From positions 126,110,001-126,174,000 of the forward strand of contig NC_086097.1 in NCBI RefSeq assembly GCF_963921235.1: DNA of 64,000 nt, in the 5' to 3' direction. Both the position numbers and the translations under genes were made by a program. The notes under the pieces were generated by a model, which saw only the letters and a list, made by a program, of their open reading frames with translations, was not told the DNA's origin and did not search any database. Below, in pieces: positions 13,372-24,792 of the stretch. The first letter of the stretch is position 1. The number at the start of each line of letters is the position of its first letter. This stretch comes from Mobula hypostoma. Lineage: Eukaryota.

Positions 13372-14303
13372 CAGTGGCATGCAAAAGTATGGGCACCCCA
13401 GTCAAAATTTCTGTTACTGTGAATAGTTAAGTGAGTAGAAGATGAACTGATCTCCAAAAGTCATAAAGTTAAAGATGAAACATTCTTTTCAACATTTTAA
13501 GCAAGATTAGTGTATTATTTTTGTTTTGTACAATTTTAGAGTGAAAAATTGGAAAGGAGCACCTGCAAAAGTTTGGGCACCCCAAGAGATTTGAGCTCTC
13601 AGATAACTTTTACCAAGGTCTCAGACCTTAATTAGCTTGTTCGGGCTATGGCTAGTTCACAGTCATCGTTAGGAAAGGCCAGGTGATGCAAATTCCAAAG
13701 CTTTATAAATACCCTGACTCCTCAAACCTTGTCCCAACAATCAGCAGCCATGGGCTCCTCTAAGCAGCTGCCTAGCACTCTGAAAATTAAAATAAATGAT
13801 GCCCACAAAGCAGGAGAGGGCTATAAGAAGATAGCAAAGCATTTTCAGATAGCCGTTTCCTCAGTTCATTATGTAATTAACTAGAAAACTTTCCGAGAGT
13901 GCTGCTGGTAGGATTGCTAGAAAGGCAAATCAAAACCCCCGTTTGACTGCAAAAGACCTTCAGAAAGATTTAGCACAGTGGTCCCCAACCACCGGGCTGC
14001 AAAGAATGTGGTACTGGGCAGCGAGGAAACAATATGATTTGGCGATATGAAACGATATAAGTCAGCTGCACCTTTCCTCATACCCTGTCACGCACTGTTG
14101 AACTTTTGCTTTGGGCCCTTTTCTTTTTTGTTATTTTGAAACTGTAAAGGATGGAAATAAAAATGTAATCTTGCTTAAAATATTAAAGAAATGTGTCATC
14201 ACTAACTTTATGCCTTTTGGAAATCAGGTCACCTTTTACGCGCTTAGCTATTCACAGTAACAGAAATTTTGACCAGGGGTGCCCAGACTTTTGCATGCCA
14301 CTG
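13372..14303 (+). mobile_element. Internally deleted Tc1 element (long IR/DR-type termini)
   Basis: TA|CAGTGGCATGCAAAAGTATGGGCACCCC ... GGGGTGCCCAGACTTTTGCATGCCACTG|TA; inner repeat CAAAAGTTTGGGCACCCC near 13566; transposase N-terminus MGSSKQLPSTLK..GEGYKKIAK from 13750. Confidence 0.92.
13976..14105 (+). mobile_element. hAT-like left-end fragment at the deletion junction of the Tc1
   Basis: Begins CAGTGGTCCCCAACCACCGGGC, a hAT-type TIR; no partner TIR found. Confidence 0.55.
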
Positions 14304-15399
14304 TAAATCTTACATTTCACTTGAAGAATACTTTCCTTTTAAGGTCTTCTGTCTAGATGTGCCCAAAATATTCAAGGTTAGGACTGGAACTTCGTACAGA
14401 GCTTGTAATTCATTCCTCTTAATGGGGGCCATCACTGCACTAGACTACTTTGACAAACACAAACCTTTAAATGCCTAGCTACTTGACCAAAGCCTGTCAT
14501 GACCGGACCTTGTGCTTGGTTTGGATTAGCCTTGAAATATGAATGTTAAATCCTTGGGCTCAAGTCAATTTAATGTAGCTCTTTAAGTAAATTTTAAATA
14601 TTATCTTTTGACTCATTACATCACTGTGTGGCAGCAGTGTATACAGTAAACAAGATAAAGGGCTTTGTGAACTTGAGCTGGGAGGCAGCCTGGATATGGG
14701 CAGCAAATCAGGAGCCAATGTAAATGCCTTCAGTAAAGCCAAGAAAAAGCTATAAAGCAAATAGAGCCTCAAACTGAAGCATCAGTCGTTTGCTCAATAG
14801 TGACTGTAGTTCCAGCTATCTAACCTGATCCCAACATGACCCAATGATCTAAAAAAACTAACCCCTCCTGGTTGGGTCAGATTTCAATTTTACTCCCTGA
14901 CAAATCTCTGCCGCAAAACTTATGGGCTAAGGCTGTGTACTCGTCAGTCTTTTAGATCACTATATACTATGTATTTTCACTATTTAGAAAATAGGTGATT
15001 TTTTTAACCGTCCAAAATAGATTATCTCATATTTTGCCCATTAAAATTCATTTGCTTGATCTATTAATACCTTAGTCCCCTAACGTTTCCATATATACTG
15101 CTTACATTTGTCTTGCTGTCACTGGGAAATCTTACACGGGTGGGGCGAACTATCCCATTATTTGGGTAATACAAGACGAATAATTGCAGGCAGCATTGGC
15201 AATATCCTGCCAGTTTGAGTTTTTGTCGATTATCCCCACTCTAATTTCATATTGAGGGGCATATATATTCTGCTCTGACTTATCAATGCCACAGTAACAA
15301 AACTGAAATGACGCTTTTCCTTTCGAGATCATTTTCTTTTCGGCTCAACTGTCACCCGTTGATTTAACATCCCGCTAATGAGTAAATAGAAAAGGCCAA

Positions 15400-17880
15400 C
15401 TTTCCTGGAGGGGTACTACGTCTTAATTACGCAGGGAAGCGATGTGGTAAAATGCAAAGTTTTATACTTCTGCATCTTAAAACTGAAAAATGAATATGCA
15501 AGGTAACTCGAGACATTAAGGTAAGCTCCTCGGGAGTTGACTCGTTGACAATGCTTAGAAATATTGCTTTGCTAGCCAGACATGGCACAGCCCTGCATGT
15601 CCTGCTCCGTTCCGCCTGGCCTGAATTTTCATTACCACACGCACAGCCGGCATTATTGTCCACACGTAACAATGGTATCAATCTGGCTCGTGCCGGTCCC
15701 AACCGGAACACTTTCACCACTGTTAATTCAAAATAAGAATAACAGGCGCACACTTTCCACTCATATTGCACCGGCGCCTTTTCAAAGCCAGAAACGGATG
15801 GGCGGAGAGAAATTCAAACATGCAATTATCTTGTTCCAATGTCCTAACACAAAACAAACTCTTTATATAAACTATCCCTGTTTATATTTGATTCCAATTA
15901 AGATTTTAAATTATTAATGAAATGGTGGTAGCATTTCAATATAGATGATATAGGAAACTTAAAAAGTTGATGGATGGTTGTGGAAATTATCCGTTCGCTT
16001 TTCCTTCCACAAAAAAATCTGGCTACAATCGTTGGAAAATTTCTTATCGTCAAAACAAACAATCGAAGAGGGAAACGCCACCATTCAAAAACATTACAGC
16101 ACGCCTCAAAGTTTCCATCGTTCCCGTTATGTCGGAACTGTGGTTGCAAAGGTCGTTGTATTGTGTTTTTTCCTCTCAGAAGAGGTAGTTTTATACGAAT
16201 GGATGGAGGGCTCTGGAGAGGTTGCCAGTCCAGCTCCCAGGCACCGAGGAGCTCGGAAAGCTGTCTCCTTCACAGGAGCAAGTGCTGCGGCAGACTCGCC
16301 CCTCACAAGGGGAGGCGGGCAGCCATCACTGCATTACTGTCTTTGTAACGCAGATGACCCTCTTCGATCCGGTTATTAAAGAAATGTGGGCCCCTTAAAT
16401 TTGAAAGGACGTGCTGGCATTGGAGAGGGTCCAGAGGGTTACAAGAATCCCGGAAATGAAAGGGTTAACATGTGAGGGGCATTTGATGGCTTGGGTCTGT
16501 ACTCCCTGGAGTTAAGAAGAATGGGGGGGGGGGCAGAGGTCTCATCGAATCCTATCGAAAATTGAAAGGCCGAGAGTGAATTTGGAGAGGATGTTACCCA
16601 TTGTAGGGGAGTCTACAGAGGGCACAGCCTCAGAATAAAGGACGACCCTTTAGAACAGAGATGAGGATGATTTTGTTTTTAGCCGCTCTAGATAGTGGAA
16701 TTAGTTGTCACGGAGGGTTATGGGGTTGAGAGAGCCATGATTAAATGGTAGAGCAGACTCAATGGGGCGAATAGCCTAATTCTGCTCCTGTATCTAATGT
16801 AATACCGGGGACAGCGGCGAGTCCTTTTGCACAATCGAGCAACGAAATGGAGGCCAGCATCATTCCTCATTTAATTCACTCTGACACAAGACATTTCAGG
16901 AAGGTACTACTCGTCGCCCCAACGTATACAAATTTGGCGGCATCATCGGGATATTTCGATTTTAACGTAACGCTTTATTTTCAAAAATATAAATTCCGTT
17001 TCCAAACGCCGCCAGCGGGGAACGCCGGCCGCGCACGTCACGGCCCACACTGACGCAATGGCGATTGACAGCCCCGGCCAGCGAGTCAGCAACAGCGAGA
17101 GGCGGGGAAGGCGGGGAATGCCGCAATGGACTCTGGGATCTCCAGTCTCGCCTTCCAATGAGGGGGAACCCAAGGCCGAGCAGCTGTCTGCAGACTCGTA
17201 GGCTCCCTCCACCCACGCCCAACCCCGAAACCCACGGACGACCCAACCTAACAATATCAGCCCTTCACATCATACACAAATGTCCATCCTCTTATCGGCA
17301 CGAAAATGTTTGTCACACCAACCCCATTCAAGCACAGTCGGTTTACACTCAGATTTTCAGAAACATGGCATCCTCTCCTTCATGAAACGTATTTCAAACA
17401 CACTGATACTACTTACGCGAAATAACGGCCCAAAAGATTTGGTAAAGCGTCTTCTCTTTTTAGGCGGAATTTTTAAAAAGTAATTGGGGGACGCACAAGA
17501 GAAAGATGACGACCTCCCTTTGCCATAAAACCTTGCCCCGGCCGATTAGGAAAGAGCGACGCATACAACCCAGCAGCGGCGGTGGACAGCGTGTAAAAGG
17601 AACAGCCTCCCGCCCAGCGCGGCCTTTTAAAGCCTCGGTCCGGGGACCCGGATGTTGATGCTACCCCCCCCCCCACGCCCCCTCCCTCCCGGTTACCACA
17701 ACAACCGCCCGCCTGTCCATGCTGGGCAGCGGCTGGTCAACCTGGCCCGGAGAAGGACCGCCGCTGACAGCAGCATCTATAAATACATCGGTCTGGGTCA
17801 GATAGGGCTTCGGTGCCACGGTACGTCCACGGCAGCCTGCACAACAGGACGCGACGGTGCGGATTGACCTACTCAGTTCC
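15400..17880. promoter_or_regulatory. CpG-rich promoter region, possibly bidirectional
   Basis: CpG retained against a depleted background; CRE/ATF-like CACGTCA 17034-17040 and TGACGCAA 17051-17058; GGCGGG boxes near 16315, 17101 and 17110; X-box-like GTTACCACAACAAC 17692-17705; donor-like CACG|GTACGT at 17820/17821. Confidence 0.7.
16385..16800 (+). mobile_element. CR1 LINE 3' fragment
   Basis: KDVLALERVQR motif and CR1 3' UTR GCAGACTCAATGGGGCGAATAGCCTAATTCTGCTCC. Confidence 0.8.
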
Positions 17881-18010
17881 TCCAGCATTTCAAAGTTCAA
17901 AGTAGATTTATTACCCAAGTACGTTATGTCGCCCTGAGATTCTTTCATTTCTATGTGCCACTCTGTAGTTTTTTTTATATAAATAAGTTTTCTAAAACTA
18001 ATTTTAAAAG

Positions 18011-18145
18011 GCGACGTTTCGGGTCGAGATTTTTCATCCGGACTGATGAAGGGTTTTGGCCCGAAACGCCAGCTGTTTATTCCTTTTCACAGGTGCTGCC
18101 TGAATTCCTCCAGCAGTCTGCGTTTGTTGCTCTGGATTTCCAGCA
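18011..18145. mobile_element. Penelope terminal repeat with two opposed, decayed hammerhead motifs
   Basis: + strand: CTGATGA(18043-18049)-AGGGTTTTGGCCC-GAAA(18063-18066)-CGCC. - strand: AGTCCGGATGA..GACCCGAAACGTCG. Confidence 0.75.
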
Positions 18146-18250
18146 ATTATGGTAGTGTACCATCGCAGAAGGCCACATGAGTGGCAAGAGTGCTATTATT
18201 GTGTGGTAATGTAATAAAACAGTGTTGATAGTTCTGACTGTGAGTGTATG

Positions 18251-19473
18251 GAACAAAATGATTGTTACTCTGGATCTTGTGCATGAAAAAAGGGCAACAA
18301 ATGTAATTACGTAAGAGTAACGTATACGTAGACTGATTGTATGTACATAAAGTGATGATAGGTACAGGAGTATCTGTATACAGGTAGACTGATAGGAAAT
18401 GATAAAGTAGTGGTGACGGGGTGGGTTAATGGGATTTCTACGTTCTCCCCAGATTACACATGTCCTTCTTAAACCCACCCTCCGCCACCTCCAGTTTAAA
18501 TTCCATGTGGAATATTTTGGAGGATCAAGAACCAAGAACCAATGAAAAGGCATTGACCAGTTAATCCGTGTAAATTTTTAAAAAACATTTGAATAAAATT
18601 TATTTTGATTTAAAATAAAACAGACTGGCGGATACAGGTTGAACTGAGTTCCTCCGGCATTTCAAAGTTCAAAGTAAATTGAAGTACATTTATGCCACTT
18701 GCAATTCACTTATTCAGCTGTTTATTCCTCTCCATGGATGCTGCCTGACCTGCTGACCTTCTCCAGAATTCTGTGTGCGTTGTTCTGGGTTTCTAGCATC
18801 TGCAGAATCTCTTGTGCTTTGGATTTCCTGCATCCATGCCTATGGGTAGAAGTTGACATTCAAGTGTGAAATCGGCTTCCTCGGGGAATAAGAATAAAAC
18901 TTACTACTTTTGAGCGTGTGTTGGAATGTGATTTATCTGGAGTAACGCATCCAAAGTGCTAGAGGAACTCGGCAGGTCAGGCAAAAACCTTCCTCTTCCC
19001 GTTTCTTTCCATTCCTGATGAAGGCTCTCGGCCTAAACCATCACCTCTTTATTCCTCTCCGTAGATGCTGCCTGACCTGCTGAGTTCCTCAAGCACATTG
19101 TGTGTGTTGCTCTGGTTTTCCAGCATCTGCAGAATCGCTTGTGTTTATTATGTACCTTATCTGTCCGTTGTACATACTTGAGTTGCACTAATCAGCTTGG
19201 TGTGTTTTCAAGATTCGAGATTGTTTATTGTCATTCATGAGTATACAAGTGCAACGGAGAACAAAATGATTGTTACTCTGGATCTTGTGCAGCATGAAAA
19301 AAGGGCAACAAATATAAATATGTGAGAGTAATTTGTTTACATAGACTGATTGCATGTACATAAAGTGATGCTAGGTACAGGAATATCTGTATACAGGTTG
19401 ACTGATAGGAAATGATAAAGTAGTGGCGACGGGGTGGGTTAATGGGATTTCTACGTTCTCCCCAGATTACACA
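18251..19473. repeat. Local duplication of about 210 bp (18251-18460 and 19259-19473)
   Basis: Both copies run GAACAAAATGATTGTTACTCTGGATCTTGTGC ... GGGATTTCTACGTTCTCCCCAGATTACACA with few differences. Confidence 0.9.
18715..19146 (+). mobile_element. Two further Penelope terminal-repeat copies (about 18715-18825 and 18940-19146)
   Basis: GATGCTGCCTGACCTGCTGAGTTCCTC core; decayed hammerhead CCTGATGAAGGCTCTCGGCCTAAAC near 19014-19038; the second copy is partly palindromic. Confidence 0.8.
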
Positions 19474-19859
19474 CATCAGACTTATGTACGCGTTTATATG
19501 CAGGGATGAGTGATTCGGAGACTGGTGGGGTGGACCTGCTGGATGTTGTGGGGTTACAGACATCTACTATGTATGAACTCTGTTCACGGTGCAGTTCCAA
19601 CTTGTGAACTGCTTGAGTTATGAATGGCAACAGAGTTGTGTTATGACCTGGAGAGGACCTGTACCTGCACCACCCGGGTGAAATGCAGGGACTAGTGTCA
19701 ACAACAATATGTGGTCTTTCTGACTTCACAAAGGGATCAAGATCAACTTTATTTGCCATATACATTTACTGACATGAGGAATTTACTGCCGCTGTGTTGG
19801 TCAGGCTGTGACATGCAGCAAAGGAAAAACATTGAACAATTATACATTAGTGTGATCAG

Positions 19860-20200
19860 TGGAGTCGCGGTTGTTATGGTGGGTTCCCTTGATTTAGAAC
19901 ACTTGTTGCGTGCCTTTGTTTGACGTGGGGAGCCTGATGCACAGGCACCCACCGCACAATTCTTGACAGATTGGGGTCAGGATCCAGTAGCATGGAATGC
20001 TAGACAACTGGGCACATTTCACTACTGCAGCCTTCCTCCAGCTTCACTGCCGTTGTGATGTTGAGGTCTTGGTTGGATCACCCTTTGATCTCACTGCCAT
20101 GGGTGACCCTACCAGGAGCTAAACAGCAGATTGCTAAACTCCAGATGGCATCACTCTCAAGATCACAGGAACTTATCAGCCTCTCCAGGTGACGACCTTC
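19860..20200 (-). mobile_element. RTE-clade (Rex3/Expander-like) LINE 5' UTR fragment
   Basis: Minus strand ..GCTCCTGGTAGGGTCACCCATGGCA.. resembles the 5' UTR of fish RTE elements (recognised from memory, not searched). Confidence 0.5.
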
Positions 20201-20470
20201 AATGAAGACAATTATATATAACTCTTCATTCTTTAAAAAATAAAGCTGAAGGTTAAAAGACGGATATGAAATAAAATGTGCATAAATACCTGCATGTATT
20301 TGCATATAAACAGCATTATAAAAGTAGTTTAAAGTGTCCACAGAGCAGTACTGGGAGTAACAAGTAGAAGGTGGGGGGAGGGTGCTAAAAGTATTTGACT
20401 ATGCTAATCAAGAAGAACCTTGGAACATGGGGCTTCTGATACATGAATACGTGCAGCAGAAACTTCAAAT

Positions 20471-23192
20471 ATAGAAACATAGAAAATAGGTGCAGGAGTA
20501 GGCCATTTGGCCCTTCGAGCCTGCACTGCCATTCAGTACGATCATGGCTGATCATCCAACTCAGAACTCTGTACCTGCCTTCCCTCCATACCCCCTGATC
20601 CCTTTAGCCACTAGGGCCATATCTAACTCCCTCTTAAATATAGCCAATGAACTGGCCTCAACTGTTTCCTGTGGTAGAGAATTCCACAGATTTACCACTC
20701 TCTGTGTGAAGAAGTTTTTCTTAATCTCGGTCCTAAAAGGCTTCCCCTTTATCCTCAAACTGTGACCCCTCGTTCTGGACTTCCCCAACATCGGGAACAA
20801 TCCTCCTGCATCTAGCCTGTCCAATCCCTTTAGGATTTTATACGTTTCAATAAGATCTCCCCCAATCTTCTAAATTCCAACGAATATAAGCCTAGTCGAT
20901 CCAGTCTTTCATCATATGAAAGTCCTGCCATCCCAGGAATCAATCTAGTGAACCTTCTTTGTACTCCCTCTATGGCAAGGGTGTCTTTCCTCAGATTAGG
21001 GGACCAAAACTGCACACAATACTCCAGGTGTGGTCTCACCAAGGCCTTGTACAACTGCAGTAGTACCTCCCCGCTCCTGTACTCGAATCCTCTTGCTATG
21101 AATGCCAGCATACCATTCGCCTTTTTCACCGCCTGCTGTACCTGCATGCCCACTTTCAATGACTGGTGTATAATGACACCCAGGTCTCGTTGCACCTCCC
21201 CTTTTCCTAATTGGCCACTATTCAGATAATAATCTGTTTTCCTGTTTTTGCCACCAAAGTGGATAACCTCACATTTATCCACATTAAATTGCATCAGCCA
21301 TGAATTTGCCCACTCAACTAACTTATCCAAGTCACCCTGCATCCTCTTAGCATCCTCCTCACAGCTAACACTGCCGCCCAGCTTCGTGTCATCTGCAAAT
21401 TTGGAGATGCTGCATTTAATTCCCTCATCTAAGTCATTAATATATATTGTAAACAACTGGGGTCCCAGCACTGAGCCTTGCGGTACCCCACTAGTCACTG
21501 CCTGCCATTCTGAAAAGGTCCCGTTTATTCCCACTCTTTGCTTCCTGTCTGCCAACGAATTCTCTATCCACATCAATACCTTACTCCCAATACCGTGTGC
21601 TTTAAGTTTGCACACTAATCTCCTGTGTGGGATCTTGTCAAAAGCCTTTTGAAAATCCAAATATACCACATCCACTGGTTCTCCCCAATCCACTCTACTA
21701 GTTACATCCTCAAAAAATTCTATGAGATTCATCAGACATGATTTTCCTTTCACAAATCCATGCTGACTTTGTCCGATGATTTCACCGCTTTCCAAATGTG
21801 CTGTTATCACATCTTTGATAACTGACTCTAGCATTTTCCCCACCACCGATGTTACGCTAACCGGTCTATAATTCCCTGGTTTCTCTCTCCCCCCTTTTTT
21901 AAAAAGTGGGGTTACATTAGCCACCCTCCAATCCTCAGGAACTAGTTCAGAATCTAAAGAGTTTTGAAAAATTATCACTAATGCATCCACTATTTCTTGG
22001 GCTACTTCCTTAAGCACTCTGTGATGCAGACCATCTGGCCCCGGGGATTTACCTGCCTCTAATCCCTTCAATTTACGTAACACCACTTCCCTACTAACAT
22101 GTATTTCCCTCAGTTCCTCCATCTCACTGGACCCTCTGTCCCCTACTATTTCCGGAAGATTATTTATGTCTTCCTTAGTGAAGACAGGACCAAAGTAGTT
22201 ATTCAACTGGTCTGCCATGTCCTTGCTCCCCATAATCAATTCACCTGTTTCTTTCTGTAGGGGACCTACATTTGTCTTAACCAATCTTTTTCTTTTCACA
22301 TATCTATAAAAGCTTTTACAGTCAGTTTTTATGTTCCCTGCCAGTTTTCTCTCATAATCTTTTTTCCCTTTCCTAATTAAGCCCTTTGTCCTCCTCTGCT
22401 GGACTCTGAATTTCTCCCAGTCCTCAGGTGAGCCACTTTTTCTGGCTAATTTGTATGCTTCTTCTTTGGAATTGATACTATCCCTAATTTCCCTTGTCAG
22501 CCACGGGTGCACTACCTTCCCTGATTTATTCTTTTGCCTAACTGGGATGAACAATTGTTGTAGTTCATCCATGCGATCTTTAAATGCTTGCCATTGCATA
22601 TCCACCGTCAACCCTTTAAGATCATTTGCCAGTCTATCTTAGCTAATTCACGTCTCATACCTTCAAAGTTACCCTTCTTTAAGTTCAGAACCTTTGTTTC
22701 TGAATTAACTATGTCACTCTCCATCTTAATGAAGAATTCCACCATATTATTCTTACCCAAGGGGCCTCTCACGACAAGATTGCTAATTAACCCTTCCTCA
22801 TTGCTCAATACCCAGTCTAGAATAGCCTGCTCTCCAGTTGGTTCCTCGACATGTTGGTTCAAAAAACCATCCCGCATACATTCCAAGAAATCCTCTTCCT
22901 CAGCACCCTTACCAATTTGGTTCACCCAATCTATATGTAGATTGAAGTCACCCATTATAACTGCTGTTCCTTTATTACACGCATTTCTAATTTCCTGTTT
23001 AATACCATCCCCAACCTCACTACTACTGTTAGGTGGCCTGTACATAACTCCCACCAGCGTTTTCTGCTCCTTAGTGTTATGCAGCTCTACCCATATCGAT
23101 TCCACATCCTCCTGGCTAGTGTCCTTCCTTTCTATTGTGTTAATCTCCTCTCTAACCAGCAAGGCTACCCCACCTCCTTTTCTTTCATGTCT
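20471..23192 (-). mobile_element. Young 5'-truncated CR1 LINE (most of ORF2 plus 3' UTR)
   Basis: EN, RT and C-terminus are collinear; 3' end CTCCTGCACCTATTTTCTATGTTTCTAT is a CR1-type tandem tail. Confidence 0.96.
20561..23192 (-). pseudogene. CR1 ORF2 (APE endonuclease plus reverse transcriptase) broken by two frameshifts
   Basis: 22608-23222 EN (MGDFNLHIDW, AILDWVL); 20830-22611 RT (YLDFQKAFDK, SGVPQGSVLGP, KFADDTKL); 20561-20824 C-terminus (TRGHSLRI..FFTQRVVNLWNSLP). Frame breaks near 22620 and 20865. Confidence 0.95.
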
Positions 23193-23305
23193 ATTATTAT
23201 TTGTCTTATACAGTCTCCACAAATTTATCCAAATTCACTGGCAGGCTAAGTAAACTGATATCAGTGTCCTCTCTCAGGCTAACATACCCAGCATTGAGCC
23301 CCTAA

Positions 23306-23798
23306 AGCCTGATTTATACTTCTGCGTTAACTCGGCGCGGTAACCTATGCAAGTGACTTATGCGCATTGTGAGTATTTATACTTGTGCGTTGGTGTGACT
23401 GCGTGGCTCTGCAATTCGCGCACGTCACACATGCCCACACCCCTGCCCGTGCAAGGCTTCATGGTCATGGTAGTCTTTCTCGGGAAAAACAAGAAGCGAA
23501 CGTCTTTTTTCATAACAGCAAAATGTGTCCTCCGTAATTTCAGAGGTCTGTAAAGCTTTATGGACAGTATTGCAGCCAGAGTTCCTTCCCTGCCCTTCAG
23601 TCGCCCAATAGGAAGCTATTGCGGCATACCAAGCGGACCAATCACAGCTGTTGCATTCTGCATTGCTGCGATGCGTAGTTACATTTTGGGAGAGGTGCGC
23701 GTCAGGCTCTGGCATAGGGATCCGCGTCGGCTCTGCGTAGGGTTTGTGGCGACGCAGTACTTATGGCGTCGCGTTGACACAGAAGTATAAATCAGGCT
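23306..23798. mobile_element. PIF/Harbinger-type MITE, 493 bp
   Basis: TIRs AGCCTGATTTATACTTCTGCGTTAAC and AGCCTGATTTATACTTCTGTGTCAAC (24/26 match); 3-bp TSD TAA at 23303-23305 and 23799-23801; no transposase. Confidence 0.92.
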
Positions 23799-23894
23799 TA
23801 AATCCTCTCCAATAGCAGGTTACCAAAAACAGGATCCATACTCTAAACTTGGTCCCAGCAAGATATTACTGCAGATAAATAGGTAGTATCACAT

Positions 23895-23980
23895 ACTAAA
23901 TGCTGGAGGAACTCAGCAGGTCAGGCACATCTATGGAGAGAAATAAATATTTGATGTTTCAATCTGTGACCCTTCATCAA
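23895..23980 (-). mobile_element. Penelope terminal-repeat fragment
   Basis: TGCTGGAGGAACTCAGCAGGTCAGGC..GATGTTTC..GACCCTTCATCA; the hammerhead is decayed. Confidence 0.75.
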
Positions 23981-24624
23981 ACAAATAGATGCAAGGATAT
24001 TATCAAAGCCTGCTTGAAAAATAAGATTCCCTAAAGCCCATGTACATTCAAAATCAAAGTGGAGGAGGACTAATGATCACATTGGGAACTTTGAATCCAT
24101 TTGTCAGAAGTGCAACAGCTTCCAAAATATCTATCTTTCCTCCCCATCAAATACTTGCTGTCCTACCTGAGGCACAGACTGATTCCATATTAGCCATCTT
24201 TGAGCCGACCAAACAGGATTGGAAGCAAGTTGTCTTGATCCCAAGGAACTGCTTAAGGTGTGTGTGTGTGTGTGTTTATATTTTCATAGAAGGTTGTTAC
24301 TAATTGCCTTAATCTGCATTTGGTACATCTGAATTGGCTGGGTCCTCTAACAATTTTGTCAAAGTGGATTATATAAATGACTTTTTTTTTTAACAATGTT
24401 GCTCATTAACAGCACTTATGAACCAGTACACTGAGATCAGGTTGTACTGATAATTTGGAACACTCTGCCTTTTCTCTGAACCCAAAAGGAGTCATTGGTT
24501 GTTCAGTGCATCTAAACAAAAGCAACTCCTTTTTATATTATTTTGTTGCAATTAATAAAACCAGATCAAAAAGGCAAATAATATGTATCAGTATAATAGA
24601 TCATATTTGCTCTTCATTCGGATG

Positions 24625-24756
24625 TTTGGTCTGAACAACAACTGAATCTCTTGAGCATGTCTGCATGTTTTTATGCATTGAGTTGCTGCCACATGATTGG
24701 CAAATTAGATATTTGCATTAACGAGCAAGTGTACCTAATAAAGTGGCTACTGGGTG
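24625..24756 (+). mobile_element. Right end of a Tc1-like non-autonomous element
   Basis: Ends GTGTACCTAATAAAGTGGCTACTGGGTG|TA; partner end not found. Confidence 0.55.
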
Positions 24757-24792
24757 TAGTTTCAGTGTTCTTGGTTAATATTTTGATTTGCA

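Noticed and set aside
15427..17948. Overlapping 60-133 aa ORFs in the CpG region
   Set aside because: No recognisable domain; expected from stop-codon scarcity in GC-rich DNA.
20948..23253. Plus-strand ORFs of 93-221 aa
   Set aside because: Antisense shadows of the CR1 ORF2.
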